A stretch of DNA of 64,000 nt. Source: Meyerozyma guilliermondii. Its lineage: Eukaryota. The notes beneath the pieces are model-generated. The model was not told the origin of the DNA. It worked only from the letters and a program-made list of their open reading frames with translations, and made no database searches. Made by a program: the position numbers and the translations under genes. The stretch is from assembly GCA_051546255.1 (NCBI GenBank), contig CP128816.1:496001-560000 (forward strand), in the 5' to 3' direction. Positions 52,812-64,000 of the stretch are shown in pieces. Each line of letters begins with the position of its first letter. Positions within the stretch are counted from its first letter, which is position 1.

Positions 52812-54119
52812 CTATTTATGCCTCTTTCGACCAGCGCCGTCTTCAAAATTCAGTCGTTTTGCAGGCGCCTGATTGGACATAATATCATTATCATCGGTGT
52901 AGATTCGTCTTTTTGGGTAGGTTACGTTTAGGCCTTCGAATGCATTTTGGGTCACCTTGGGAGCTTCTAGAAAGAACTCGTGCACAAGGGCATTATCTGC
53001 ACTGAGTCGGGACATTGGTTCGTACTCGAGTAAACTCAAAAGAAGATTTAAACACCGCTTATTGGTTCTTCCTATAGCCTTATACCAGCTCACCAAATTG
53101 GGTGGATACTTGTGGGTAATTTGTTGTTGGAATGCAGGATACTCGGGGTATTTATCGAGCGAGGGCCACTGTGCTAGCGTGGGAGTACCCAAGATTTCGA
53201 CGATTTTTTGGATTTGGTTTTTCTGAAATGGAACCAGTTTCTTATTGTTCATATCAATTTTCGCCTCTTCGCCTTTAAATATAGGCCGCAAGCTCAAAAG
53301 CTCGGCCAAAATGCATCCTATGGCCCAGAGGTCTATAGCTGGCGAATAATGACGAGCCCCCAAGAGCAATTCGGGTGCTCTATACCAGATAGTCACCACC
53401 ACTTTATCGCCCGAGTACAAGCTTTGAAGAGGATTATTGAACTTTCGAGCAAGACCCAAATCGCCAATTTTCACCACTCCGTTGCTCAGAACCATAATAT
53501 TGGCCGGTTTCAAGTCGCGATGAAAAATCCAGTTTTTATGAAGAAACGTTACTCCGTTCAAAATTTGCCAGGTGAGCGACTTGATGGTGGCTTCGGGGAT
53601 GGGTTTGATTTCCGGGTGCGAGTGGAAGTGGATGATCTGGAGCAAGTCGTGCTCACAGAATTCAAAAATAAGGTAAATAGACTTGTTCTCTAAAATCACA
53701 TCCACCACCTTGATGATATTCTTGTGAGATAATTCTCGACAAAGTGACATTTCTCGGATAGCCGATTGCGAGATCCCCGTATATAGCATCACCTCTTTTC
53801 CATTCATGTCGTGACCGTGACTTTTAGCCGACAGATGATTTTCACTTTTGAACTTTTTTATCGCAAATAATTGAGGCTCAGCAGTGTGTTCTTGTTGATT
53901 GGTTTTCGATCTGGCCTTGTAAACCTTACCGTAGGTACCAGCAGCAATGTACCCAATGGTCTGGTACCGAGATAGTACCGATTCTCGTGTCAAATCTTTG
54001 CGGTGCTTATATGGACCAATTGTGAGTATGGTATTCAGAGCCATCAATGATGGCTGAGGAACAGAGGGTATGCTATTTCGAGGACGTGTGTTTGAGTATA
54101 CGTTGTACCCGTAGCTCAT
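52812..54119 (-). CDS. SSN3: Mediator kinase Cdk8/Ssn3
   Basis: [71 protein letters not shown]. Confidence 0.97.
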   Translation of the reverse strand: MSYGYNVYSNTRPRNSIPSVPQPSLMALNTILTIGPYKHRKDLTRESVLSRYQTIGYIAAGTYGKVYKARSKTNQQEHTAEPQLFAIKKFKSENHLSAKSHGHDMNGKEVMLYTGISQSAIREMSLCRELSHKNIIKVVDVILENKSIYLIFEFCEHDLLQIIHFHSHPEIKPIPEATIKSLTWQILNGVTFLHKNWIFHRDLKPANIMVLSNGVVKIGDLGLARKFNNPLQSLYSGDKVVVTIWYRAPELLLGARHYSPAIDLWAIGCILAELLSLRPIFKGEEAKIDMNNKKLVPFQKNQIQKIVEILGTPTLAQWPSLDKYPEYPAFQQQITHKYPPNLVSWYKAIGRTNKRCLNLLLSLLEYEPMSRLSADNALVHEFFLEAPKVTQNAFEGLNVTYPKRRIYTDDNDIMSNQAPAKRLNFEDGAGRKRHK

Positions 54120-54392
54120 GGTGGCTCAGAAGTGGATAATGGTGGCAGAAATGGAGGGTGGAATGAGTAGATGTTCGGTAGATAGCGGTGATTCGGAGTG
54201 CACAGAGTGCGAACGAGTCAACTAGTCGCTACCACTTTACTAATTCACCACAACTACGTCTCAACTTCACTGTTCACTTCCTCTCGACTTGAGTACTCCT
54301 TTCGGCTTCAGTAATCACTTCTTTCCACTTCTCCACTTCAGTAATCCACTTCTTCCACTATTCCTTTTTTTTCTCTATTCTTCTAGCATACA

Positions 54393-55511
54393 TTAATCTA
54401 CATAAACACGATCGTCTTCCTTTCCCTCCAATTCATTGCGAATAACCTCCATTTTCTTCACCTGGTCCTTCCACATTTTCTTTTCTTCCTCCGCCTTGTT
54501 TTTCTCAAACAACTTGTCATCTGGCCTTCGGTACGACCGACCAAGTCTGTCCCACAAAGTGGTGAACTGACCATAGTTGTAATTAAAGTACAAATGATGG
54601 ACAGTATGACAAGCAGTACCGTTCACAACGGGGTCATTCGAGAGGTACTGGCCGTCGTGGATCATTACCGTCCAGAAATTAACAAAAGTGAACAAAAGCA
54701 AGTACAGCACCTTGTGGAGTGGGAAAAGCATAGGGTAGATGTGGTAAGGAAGAGACTGAGCCCATCCGTCCACTGGGTGGAAAGCATGCGAGGCAAATGG
54801 AGTACACACGATCCACTTGTGGTGAGGTTTGTGGAGACGCTTGTAGACGGCAGGGTAGTGGAGACCTCTATGGATGAAATAGATACCACAATCGGTGAAC
54901 AAAATGAAGGTGATGATTTGCATGAAAATGGCTTTCCAGCCTCCGGTCAGCTCGTCAATGTTCATATAAAGCTTGGAGAACCCGTGGATCTCCATCATGA
55001 AAAATGGAAGCGTGAGAGCCACCATCACGGGAATGGCGGTGGTTGCTTGGTGGATTTCAAGTGCCATTTGGTTCTTCAAATAACGAGGATGGTTGAATAT
55101 TTTCTTGTCAAAGACAGTCAAGTACGAAATCCCTGCCACAGAAAAGTATAATACCAATCCAAATATAATCGTAACGATAAGCATACTTGATGCTTGCCGA
55201 GCCACGTTGGCTCTCAACATAGATGTCTCATTAGTAAATGAGTTTAAAGGTAAAAACCGTCCATCGTTTCCATACACTTCGCTAGCGTCCTGGAACTTGC
55301 TGATCTGGCCCCAAACAGTACTCAACGTAGTTTGAAGTGGTTTCGGAAATTTTAACGAATTCATCGATGTGGAACTCGAATTGTATTGTGCCCACGAATT
55401 TGCAAGATCAGCTCCCATGTGCCCAACAGCCAGCTCTGGGCCCTTTGGGAATGCCCAGGCGTAGAACCGGTCAAACACAAAGTAGTCGGAGATTTCAAGA
55501 ACGATATCCAT
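54393..55511 (-). CDS. ERG3: C-5 sterol desaturase
   Basis: MDIVLE start, [11 protein letters not shown], His boxes [32 protein letters not shown]. Confidence 0.97.
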   Translation of the reverse strand: MDIVLEISDYFVFDRFYAWAFPKGPELAVGHMGADLANSWAQYNSSSTSMNSLKFPKPLQTTLSTVWGQISKFQDASEVYGNDGRFLPLNSFTNETSMLRANVARQASSMLIVTIIFGLVLYFSVAGISYLTVFDKKIFNHPRYLKNQMALEIHQATTAIPVMVALTLPFFMMEIHGFSKLYMNIDELTGGWKAIFMQIITFILFTDCGIYFIHRGLHYPAVYKRLHKPHHKWIVCTPFASHAFHPVDGWAQSLPYHIYPMLFPLHKVLYLLLFTFVNFWTVMIHDGQYLSNDPVVNGTACHTVHHLYFNYNYGQFTTLWDRLGRSYRRPDDKLFEKNKAEEEKKMWKDQVKKMEVIRNELEGKEDDRVYVD

Positions 55512-55563
55512 TCTTGTTTACCAGGGAAGTTCGGGACTCTTTTATGATGCGAGAAAAAGAAAA

Positions 55564-55848
55564 TATACGACGGAACGAGGTGCAGGCGCGAGCAGCGAGC
55601 GAAAGCGAGCAGCGAGCGAAAGCGAGCAGCGAGCAGAGCAGCAAGCGGAGGTCCTGCAGGTACTGTAACTGTCATAGCTACGGTTTTCGAAAACCAAAAT
55701 AAAGCTAAATACTGACAGCCCTGAAATCATCCCAAGCTACTTCTGTCTCCACTTTCCATTGCAGCTTTCTGTTTCTTTAACTCTGTTTCTCCTGTCTCTT
55801 CACGTGACATCTCCGACTCGCTGAACGTCACATGACGAGCTAAACGAG
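55564..55848. promoter_or_regulatory. ERG3 promoter: Upc2 sterol-response elements TATACGA (55564-55570) and TAAACGAG (55841-55848), E-box TCACGTGA (55800-55807)
   Basis: Reverse complements of SRE TCGTATA and TCGTTTA upstream of a sterol gene. Confidence 0.65.
55588..55634. repeat. 17-bp tandem repeat GCGAGCAGCGAGCGAAA, about 2.8 copies
   Basis: Units 55588-55604, 55605-55621, partial 55622-55634. Confidence 0.85.
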
Positions 55849-55910
55849 TCAGTTCACCAATGGCGCCATTACCGTTATATCTGACAATTTTATTTGCGTA
55901 GCGTCATACA

Positions 55911-57026
55911 TTATACATATCTTTGGGCGCCACTCATCCGATCTTCTCCGAATTTCTCCTTTTCTTCATCCGAACTGGATACGATAATCTCCGATGGTGC
56001 AGGCGATGGAACCACCACTGGTGGTTGGTTGATTCGGTCAAAATTGATTGCAGCCAAGATTTCCTTTGCACCTTTGGCTATCAATTTGTCGCCCAATTGT
56101 TGACCCAAAGCATCGGCTTCACTTTTAGTAGTAACCTTCATTTCTATCTTATCTTCGACAAACTCATTTCCATCGGGACTAACGACGATGGCATTGAATT
56201 TCAACACTTGTGTAGTTTTGTCGTAGTCGGTGTGCACACCAATGGGCACTGAACATCCTCCTTCCAAGTAACGCATGAGCGATCTTTCGGCATGACAGCA
56301 GAGTGAAGTAGGAACATCTTCAATCGCTTGTAAAAGTTGTTTAATTTGTTCATCTCCCTTTCTGATTTCCACTCCTAAGGCTCCCTGGCCCACTGCGTAA
56401 TACATATCGGGAGCATCCAAATAGGTGGTGATTCGATGGTCCAAACCTACTCTCTGTAATCCGGCAGCAGCCAATAAAAGACATTCGAAAGGCGAGTCTT
56501 CAGCGTCGAGTTTTTGCACTCTGGTGTTAATATTTCCTCTAGCAGAGTCGAACCGCAAGTGGGGGTAGTTCTTCATAAGCTGCGATGACCTTCTTACCGA
56601 GGAAGTTCCAACCATGGTTCCGGCCGGCAATTCCGCCAAAGATTTGTATTTCGAGCCCTTTCTCATCACAAGGACATCACGCGGGTCCAGTCTGTCCAAA
56701 ATACAACCCAATTCGAACTCCTCAGGGAGATTTGTGGGGACATCTTTGAGCGAATGGACAATCATGTCGAGCTGCGGAAGACCTCCGATGGCTTGCATCA
56801 AAAGTGTTTCTAATTCCTTGGTCCAAAGCGCCTTGCCTCCGAACAGGTAGAGTGGTTGCGACTGGATTTGGTCTCCCAAAGTGCTCAACGCCAAAATCGA
56901 ACACTTGAGTTGTGGGAACTTCGCAACCAAATGTTTCTTGACAATGTTGGATTGAGCCACCGCTAGTGTCAGTTTTCTTCCGCCAATCTGGATATGCTTG
57001 GTTGTGTTAGGATCAAAGTTTGTCAT
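55911..57026 (-). CDS. HEM3: Porphobilinogen deaminase (hydroxymethylbilane synthase)
   Basis: IGGRK(S)TLA, FGGKALWTKELE, VHSLKD, VGTSSVRR, RGNINTR, AVGQGALG, LEGGCSVPIG. Confidence 0.96.
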   Translation of the reverse strand: MTNFDPNTTKHIQIGGRKLTLAVAQSNIVKKHLVAKFPQLKCSILALSTLGDQIQSQPLYLFGGKALWTKELETLLMQAIGGLPQLDMIVHSLKDVPTNLPEEFELGCILDRLDPRDVLVMRKGSKYKSLAELPAGTMVGTSSVRRSSQLMKNYPHLRFDSARGNINTRVQKLDAEDSPFECLLLAAAGLQRVGLDHRITTYLDAPDMYYAVGQGALGVEIRKGDEQIKQLLQAIEDVPTSLCCHAERSLMRYLEGGCSVPIGVHTDYDKTTQVLKFNAIVVSPDGNEFVEDKIEMKVTTKSEADALGQQLGDKLIAKGAKEILAAINFDRINQPPVVVPSPAPSEIIVSSSDEEKEKFGEDRMSGAQRYV

Positions 57027-57420
57027 GTTATTGATAAGTTTTTCAATCGGATCATAAATTTCCCCGGATGAATGTCTAAGATGAGCTGGAAGTTCGCTCG
57101 AGAAATACCGCCAAAAACCTGTTGAATAATAAAGTGGGATGCCTATAGGTGATTCTCGTAGCTAGTCTTGTGCCACGAATACTATATACAAGTTGCTGGG
57201 TCGGCCGCACTTTCTACTTGTGTCGATAAAAACGATCGAAATGCTTGTGAAAAATGGGTGTCATGAAGTGACACAAAGTGTGTCGGATGCGCCGCACATA
57301 CCCGAACCGGCATGAAATCGCGAGTAATGGATATTCGCATTTTTGTCATTGGCTGCAAATTGGAGCGAATAGCTAATACGTCAATTAACACCTTTTCTTC
57401 CATATATTATTTTTTTGTCC

Positions 57421-59756
57421 CTAAAACGTGCTGTCGCCGTCGCTGAGCGTATCATCCAGTGACTCAAGCAGGTCCATCAGCGTCTCGGCTATATCGTACA
57501 TTCCATTGGCATCGGCTAGCTGGTACTCTTCGTCGGCTGCGCTCGGCTTGGGTTCTGTAGACGTCATCGAAGCAAGCATCGCTTCCAAGTTTTGTAGCTT
57601 ATCGAGGATCTTGGCATCTTCGTCACGGCGCTTTTTCCGCAGTTTGAACCTCTGGTATGTCTCGAGTGGTCCAGCACTACTGAGACTGGTGGATCGATAT
57701 TGTGCTTGCTCATTCGGTTTCGATTCCACCACATTATTATTGTTCGTTCCACTGCCATATTTCTTATTCAAGACTTCATCGATGAATAACGAGTCGGTAG
57801 AGGCCGTTCTCAACAATCCTAACGTCGCTATGGATTGAACTGGCATGAGCGCATTGGCTGGAGTAGACGGTCCAGCACCAATATTGCTTGCAAAATTCTG
57901 GTTGGCAGCGAAGTTGTCCACTTGGCTGTACCTCCGACCTCCACCTATCGAGGGAGCAACTCCAGAATAAAAGACCGAATTCTGCCTCGATTTGAGCATC
58001 ATTAAACTGACATCGTCATCATTGTCCTGTAGTCCAACGAGATCACTATCTTGCCAGAAATCTTTTTCCTTGTCCAAGAATGTGTAATTTTTCATAGCTG
58101 AGGTATCCGCCTGCTTTGACCTGATTATAGCTACCATCTGCTCGTAGATGTAGATGAGTATAACAATTGGGAATTTGAACATGTTGAGTATAAAATTGTT
58201 CATGATATCCAACTTGTGGATTGCGTTTCCTGCTTTGAAGTATACCACCAAGTTGGTCGCTTTAAAGTAAACGAACTCTTCTCTATTGCTCTTGGAAACC
58301 TTGGCGAAAATCTCGCTCAACACAATCGCCAAAATGGTGCCTACGATAAATTGGATCAAGAATAAGTACCCCATTTGAATGGCTCTTCCGAGATTGCTGT
58401 AGCTGTCCCAGTTGTTCCACACAGCAGGAGTAAATGCAAAGAAGATTTTCACCATATCAAATGCAATTTCCGAACTGGTTCGGTCGATCGCCAAAGAAAT
58501 AAAACTCAAGTAAAACCCACTAATGAGCGATGCAAATAGGAAACAAAGTCCAATCATATTCCAAACCATTTTCTTTAGCGAAAGAATAATCATGTTGAAG
58601 AACTCATAGTTGTTGAAAACGGACAACATTCGTGGAAGCAACACAATCGAGATAATGCTGAAACAATCATAGTACATTCCACTCTCAACTTTTCCTAGAG
58701 CCATGAGTATTCTCATCACAAATGTGAAATCGGTCAATAAGAGCAAAGTGAAATCAACCCAAGTCCAGATGATTTTCCTTAGAAAAATAAACTCGATACT
58801 TCGAAGTCGGATGATTTGTTCAATATTCAAGTTGATCACCGTGCCCCAAAAAAAGAGCTCCGTCAATAGAAATAGATAACCCATTTCTGTCTGTTCATGA
58901 GATATTTGCTTGTGGTTTATGATGAGTCCAAACTGAAGAAGCGAAAAAAATGCAAGCTTCAAGTTGATAACCAAAGACTGGTACTTTGGAACAAGAGTAG
59001 TTCTGGCATATATCTTGCTGAGTGAGGTATTGGAGTAGCGGTAATTAACAACGCTTTTGGACTCTGGAAGTAAGGGCTGCTCCTCTAATTGATGAACAAC
59101 TTCCTCAGAAGACGTTTCGTCTGTGTGGCAATTGTAATTTTTGACAATCAAGTCTCCATTATAAAATCTGTCAAGAATGTCAACTATAACAGGCTGCGAA
59201 AGGAACTTTTTGGATTTGGTGAGGATCGCTAGCTCCAAAGTATTGAAGTTTTTCGTTTTCAATGACTAATGAACAACATCTTTGTCCTCTGGCTCGACTT
59301 GTATTCTCTCAACATGCGTATAGCAAGTATTTCACAAATATTAGCTTTTGTCAAAAGCAAGTCCACTTTGATCAAATTGTTTTGTGACTGGATCAAGTAC
59401 TCGTACCGCAATAATAGCAATATGAAGACTAAGCTCCCACAAACTTTCTGCTCTGCCGACGATAAAACATCTTGCGGACCAAATCTCGGAGTTTGGTTCG
59501 GCGATGAGCTTCGTCCTACTACCTTTTGAATAATGCCTATCCCTGCCAATTCAATCACCTTTGTTGAAAGCGGTTTCACAATCGTCATATGGATCTCTGG
59601 CTCTCTCAACTGCTCATACTTTAAACTTAAAACCACTTTTTTGTTGAGTAATTTTTGCAACTTGAAATACAAGTATTTGAACTCAAGTTCCTTCGATCTT
59701 ATTGGGTCTCTATGCTCACGGTCGCGGTCATTGTAACTTGCATAACGACGCAGCAT
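57421..59756 (-). CDS. TRP/YVC1-like cation channel interrupted by a 1-nt frameshift near 59264 (778 aa if restored)
   Basis: ORF 59756-59259 has the N-domain pattern L.YEQL..PE...IVKPL and TKA..CEILAIRML; ORF 59262-57421 starts without ATG, continues NTLELAI...KKFLSQPVI and has several TM helices plus a pore-like segment. Confidence 0.7.
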
Positions 59757-59869
59757 GGCGTGTACACCACGTCGGGTGGTCTGAGAAGTCGGGTTGAGAA
59801 GACGGGTTGTTCTAATTTTACTGAAGTTGCTGCATTATCTCGTGGCCCGATTCGGAAATGAGATAAACA

Positions 59870-59878
59870 TCACGTGAC
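59870..59878. promoter_or_regulatory. Cbf1-type E-box TCACGTGAC upstream of the channel gene
   Basis: Exact motif. Confidence 0.4.
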
Positions 59879-59899
59879 CTGTCAAATTCCCCCACATTC

Positions 59900-62800
59900 C
59901 TATCGAAGCGACCGATGAATGAACCGATAGGCTTTTATGCCATTTTCCTGACCCAATGTCTCCACCAACTCGTCCTCGGTCAGGCTCACCAATGTTTCAA
60001 TACTTTTAAACCGATTTATGACACTATAGTAATTCGCATTGTTAATTCCCGGTATGTTCTGGATCAAGTCGATGGCATCTTCATTGAATACTGGTGGTTC
60101 TCCCTTTTCTGTTGTCAAAGATTGATTCACGCCCTTGGAGATAGCACTGTCTATGTCTGGCTCCTCCTGCTTGGACTTTATTTCCAAAAAAATCTGGGCT
60201 GTTTCATACGGCGAGAACGACCAGATGATTTTAAGCTTAGGAAATGCAAGAAGCAACATCATCAATTTGGACTGAATGTCTTGTTTCAAGAGTTTAGTGG
60301 CTATAGCATTGGGTGCATTGCCTTTCTGAGGCCTAATATCGGCAAAAGGTTCGAATGAAAATGATTTGGAACCATCAAACTCTATCAAGAGAGTTGGCAA
60401 TTCATAGTGTCGAAACATGTGCTCACATTGAGTGTATAATCGTCCGCTTTTGAAACTGGAAATAAGATCTGGTATGGCTTTTCTTTCCACACACACCTTG
60501 GGAGTCACAATATAATCTCCAATCGTCAACATACAAGGAACCACCTTTATGCCAGCTCGATAAAGAATGCCAGGAAGCGACGATGTGAATTCTCTGATAT
60601 CAACGATAACCCTGAATTCGTCGCTTTCTGTTCTAAAATTTGCTCCGCCTGCTATCCTGGTATTAACCACATCGGATCTTTGTAAACGGAACTTGTTGTT
60701 GTCCTCGGCAGTTTCGTAGTGACGTCCCAAGTTTGCCTTTTCACGAATAAGTCTGGTAAATGCGTCTTTTTCTTTTTTGATTTGCATAAGATGTTTCTGC
60801 TCTTCAACAGAGGTTCCGTAGTACATGAAATATGTCTTTGCTGGAGTGTCCTTGTTGATCGCTTGGTATATTTCCACAGCCCTGATGAATGGAAGATTGG
60901 GTTCATACATGATAATGTGTGAAGGAGACAATTCTTGGATAAAGTCATTGTTGTTTCCATGATAATTTTCAATGACTATCTGGTCCATTTGACTGATATG
61001 TTCAATTTCTTGTCGTTGAGTGGAATTTTCATCCACATAAATTTCATCATTGACTTCAAATCCGCCCGATTCAAGTACATCTTCATCGCTAACTTCTCTC
61101 TTCAAGTTGTCCACAATTACTGGATCCAAATCAGGCGCTTCAGAAATCTGGTTCAGTCCAGCACTGGAATGCAATCGTGTAACCAGCGCTACTGTGCTGG
61201 CTCCTCTGGTTCTTCTCCGTTTACTTATGGGCTCGCCTCTTCCTCTAGAGAACGTCTTTGAGGTATAAATGTCGTCGTCTTCTTTCGAGTCTGTATCTTC
61301 TTCCTTCACTTCTAGTTCCGTGTTGATCTGCTTTGTAAGTCTGCTCAATTCTTTCCACGCCAAATAATCATTTAGTCGTCGAATCATATACTTTCGAGCA
61401 CTGAAAATCTTTCTTCCACCGTTATCCTTCAATTCCAAAATGGGCAACAACTGAGCCAATTGTCTTGTAGTTGACAAATCTGAGCACATTATGAGGATTG
61501 GCTGTTGAACATTACCCAAAATGGCCTTTTCGTGCATTATATCATCAAGCAAAAGTCCTAGTTGGCCCCACTTTGGTTGCAGCTCAAGGTTATATTCCTC
61601 ATGGGTAGATATGTGTCCGGGAGTGAGTTCTTCTAGTGATTCATCCTGTTCCTCTAGCGTGGTTTTTGAGCGTTCTATACGAAGTTTTCCCAAAGCCCGT
61701 TCCTTGGCAAAGGAAATAATGGTGGTGGCCTCCTCCAAATTAAGCCATGGACTTATAGTCGTCGTAGAGAGAGCACCAGTACCAGTCTTTGATTTGACAT
61801 TCAGGTCAATGATGTTTTGCACGGTTTGGTAGAACTTGAGGGAATCAGAACTCAAGAGATGTTTGAGAAAATCTTTTAGTGTACCCAAGTCGTAAATCAA
61901 CTGTTTCGATGTGTAGGTTATGCGGTGCCATTGGCTATCCAAAGCCATACGAATTCGAGGGACGAAATCTCGATCATGGACATTTTCCATGTCCCAATAT
62001 TCAGTTGCTAGCAGGCCATTGTGACGCTTGAGTTCGTTGAGACAGGCCTCTATACATGCTAGAATGGCCGCCTGGATTTTTTTCATCTTGTAGGACATTT
62101 TTGTGTTGATTTCGATGACAGAACGTCGATCGTCTTTAGACCCTTTTTTGCGAGCCTGAAGTGACGAGGAAACTTCGACATGAAAACGGGGCCAAAGGAA
62201 GACATTAGTGAGTCGAAGCACCTTGAGGCTGGTAGCCAACGGCGTGAATCCCGTAAAGCTTTCGGGCTCATCAGAAATGGCTTTCACGAATCCCCAGTCG
62301 TTTTCATCTCGATACAAGTTGACGATAAACGATTCATTCGATGCTTCTTTCATGGTCTCGGCATGGACTATAAGTAGCCCTGTTATTTCGTTACATTTGA
62401 TGACTCCAGAGAGCATATCAACCGCCAAAACTCGAGAAGTAACCGAAACCACACCGCCTTTATCGTAAAGACGTCGTCTCTTATCAGCAGTTGTAGCTTC
62501 GCCTCGAATCACAGTCAATGCTTCATCATCACTCAGCTCGAGCTTGGTAGCGTTATCTATCCACTGGAGTTCGGTGAGCTCTTCTTCAAGCAGTAATATT
62601 TCTCCTTCTCTGGCGTTTAAAACCATAATCAAACTTCGTTTCGGAGCGACTCCGGGACCTTTTTGCAACAGAATTGGTGAACACAAAGCATGCAACAAGT
62701 TGGCGGCGATGGTCTTCCACCCTAAACCACGTCCCAAAATCAACAATCCGTCGCGCAGAAGCATATCTTCTACGATTTCTTGTTGAAACTTCAAAGGAAG

Positions 62801-62962
62801 CGTGCAACAAACTTCGGTGACTTCTTCGTCAACATCATCTGAAACAGAAGATTGCGGTAGATTATGATTCAGACCTTCACTGGTACTCTCCTCCTGTACT
62901 TCATTGGCTTGTAGCAAAGTCTGTCCTAACTCGTCATCTTCCCCCACAAATAGCGATGACAT
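59900..62962 (-). CDS. RAD1: NER endonuclease Rad1 (XPF)
   Basis: GLLILGRGLG, LWPRFHVEV, NTRIAGG, VIVDIREF, GDYIVTPKVCVERKAIPDL nuclease motif, HhH IPGI. Confidence 0.96.
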   Translation of the reverse strand: MSSLFVGEDDELGQTLLQANEVQEESTSEGLNHNLPQSSVSDDVDEEVTEVCCTLPLKFQQEIVEDMLLRDGLLILGRGLGWKTIAANLLHALCSPILLQKGPGVAPKRSLIMVLNAREGEILLLEEELTELQWIDNATKLELSDDEALTVIRGEATTADKRRRLYDKGGVVSVTSRVLAVDMLSGVIKCNEITGLLIVHAETMKEASNESFIVNLYRDENDWGFVKAISDEPESFTGFTPLATSLKVLRLTNVFLWPRFHVEVSSSLQARKKGSKDDRRSVIEINTKMSYKMKKIQAAILACIEACLNELKRHNGLLATEYWDMENVHDRDFVPRIRMALDSQWHRITYTSKQLIYDLGTLKDFLKHLLSSDSLKFYQTVQNIIDLNVKSKTGTGALSTTTISPWLNLEEATTIISFAKERALGKLRIERSKTTLEEQDESLEELTPGHISTHEEYNLELQPKWGQLGLLLDDIMHEKAILGNVQQPILIMCSDLSTTRQLAQLLPILELKDNGGRKIFSARKYMIRRLNDYLAWKELSRLTKQINTELEVKEEDTDSKEDDDIYTSKTFSRGRGEPISKRRRTRGASTVALVTRLHSSAGLNQISEAPDLDPVIVDNLKREVSDEDVLESGGFEVNDEIYVDENSTQRQEIEHISQMDQIVIENYHGNNNDFIQELSPSHIIMYEPNLPFIRAVEIYQAINKDTPAKTYFMYYGTSVEEQKHLMQIKKEKDAFTRLIREKANLGRHYETAEDNNKFRLQRSDVVNTRIAGGANFRTESDEFRVIVDIREFTSSLPGILYRAGIKVVPCMLTIGDYIVTPKVCVERKAIPDLISSFKSGRLYTQCEHMFRHYELPTLLIEFDGSKSFSFEPFADIRPQKGNAPNAIATKLLKQDIQSKLMMLLLAFPKLKIIWSFSPYETAQIFLEIKSKQEEPDIDSAISKGVNQSLTTEKGEPPVFNEDAIDLIQNIPGINNANYYSVINRFKSIETLVSLTEDELVETLGQENGIKAYRFIHRSLR

Positions 62963-63202
62963 GAAGAGCGCGAATAAATTAGTTGAGATTTAATCATATG
63001 AGATTTGAGATTGAGATAAGCATATTGTACCAATTTATTGCAACATAATAACATAATAGAAGAAGGAAATAACGCACGATAGCAAGGAGAGCAATCATAA
63101 CTAAGAATTGTAAAGAGAGCACAAGAAACTTACTGAGAACTGTTGTAAGATAATTTTTCATCTCCAATTAACCTTAAAATAGCATTATAGCTTCTTCCTT
63201 TC

Positions 63203-63727
63203 ATGTCTTTTGATCCCCAAAAATACACCACTACCAATGAAGCTTTCACGGCGTCCGAGATACAATTCGATATTTTGCAAATAACCAATATTTCTACCTC
63301 CAAACTTCGTCAACTAGACGAGTGGAAAGAGTACCAGGATCCCAACAGAGTTGCTGTGGATCGGATGGGCAATTCCAAGATCATTCGAAGTATAGATAAC
63401 GAAGATTCGGACTCAATTGGCTCGGGAAGTGCCATCTACAAACTTCTTCTTCGAGATACTGCTGGAAATTTGTGCTTTGCCTACGAATATAACGATAAAC
63501 TATCATTTTTGCATCATAAAAAAGACACAAAAACTCCACTAGGAATCTCATTGGGGGGGAGACTCGTGGTGAACCGAGGAACCTTGATCATGAACGGGGT
63601 ATTGATGCTCAAAAATGCACAATGCAAATACCTCGGTATTGTAGATGACGAATTAGCACAGACCCTCAATAGCGGCATCGGCAAGAAGCAGATTGAAATA
63701 TTGGAGACAGAACTAAAAGACACTTAG
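63203..63727 (+). CDS. RMI1: RecQ-mediated genome instability protein Rmi1 (OB fold)
   Basis: ILQITNISTSKLRQLDE, YKLLLRD..GN..FAYE, LGGRLVV..GVLML..CKYLG; clustered with RAD1 and MET12. Confidence 0.75.
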   Translation: MSFDPQKYTTTNEAFTASEIQFDILQITNISTSKLRQLDEWKEYQDPNRVAVDRMGNSKIIRSIDNEDSDSIGSGSAIYKLLLRDTAGNLCFAYEYNDKLSFLHHKKDTKTPLGISLGGRLVVNRGTLIMNGVLMLKNAQCKYLGIVDDELAQTLNSGIGKKQIEILETELKDT

Positions 63728-63737
63728 TTACTGCTGT

Positions 63738-64000
63738 CTACTCGAGAAGCGCCCGCCACAACCCTGTCTCGTCGTTAAAGTTATGGTAGATCAAACTCAC
63801 CAAGTAGTAATCACCATTAATGGAATTCAACAAATTGTAAGATACAGAGTTCTTTTTGTAACACCGGGCCCATTCCAGCCACAAGTGGAATGCTTCTTCG
63901 TTCCAAGCCCTGAAAGACTCGATATCTATGATGGTGGGCTGAAGCACTTCCTGCAGTGGAAACACACCCCATGTCACTGCATTTTTACTGTTGTGGCTAT
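63738..64000 (-). CDS. MET12: Methylenetetrahydrofolate reductase, C-terminal end (gene continues beyond the window)
   Basis: NAVTWGVFP.QEVLQPTII..ESFRAWNEEAF.LW.EW..YYLVSL. Confidence 0.85.
   Translation of the reverse strand, partial: SHNSKNAVTWGVFPLQEVLQPTIIDIESFRAWNEEAFHLWLEWARCYKKNSVSYNLLNSINGDYYLVSLIYHNFNDETGLWRALLE

Noticed and set aside
59259..59350. Intron or programmed frameshift joining the two channel ORFs
   Set aside because: No consensus donor or TACTAAC; using the CATTAG acceptor would delete the conserved-looking CEILAIRML segment; no XXXYYYZ slippery site in the allowed window

Overview
Very compact budding-yeast genomic DNA (about 38 protein genes, many intergenic gaps under 150 bp). 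It comes from the CUG-Ser clade: CTG codons fall at invariant Ser positions in MET7, HEM3 and KTR2/YUR1, and complex I and eIF3m genes are present. The species cannot be determined from the sequence alone. Most content is housekeeping genes in blocks that match S. cerevisiae neighbourhoods as I recall them: YAK1-RPB4, SWI3-RPL17, QCR8-ERG20, GDT1-MED8-AIM4-RIM2, SUV3/ERG10, MRX11/SSN3 and RAD1-RMI1-MET12. I found no tRNA, rRNA, transposon or CRISPR element. Highlights: (1) a GSK3 (RIM11/MRK1) locus where an apparent orphan ORF is an in-frame first exon, and the short-isoform ATG lies inside the intron between branch point and acceptor; (2) a TRP/YVC1-like channel split by a 1-nt frameshift; (3) an ERG20 with unusual substitutions in conserved motifs; (4) a Zn-alcohol dehydrogenase ending in the peroxisomal signal SKL; (5) a degenerate Pcl-type cyclin-like ORF. 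Many ORF-track starts were trimmed to the plausible ATG. Gene calls rest on recalled family motifs, not database searches.
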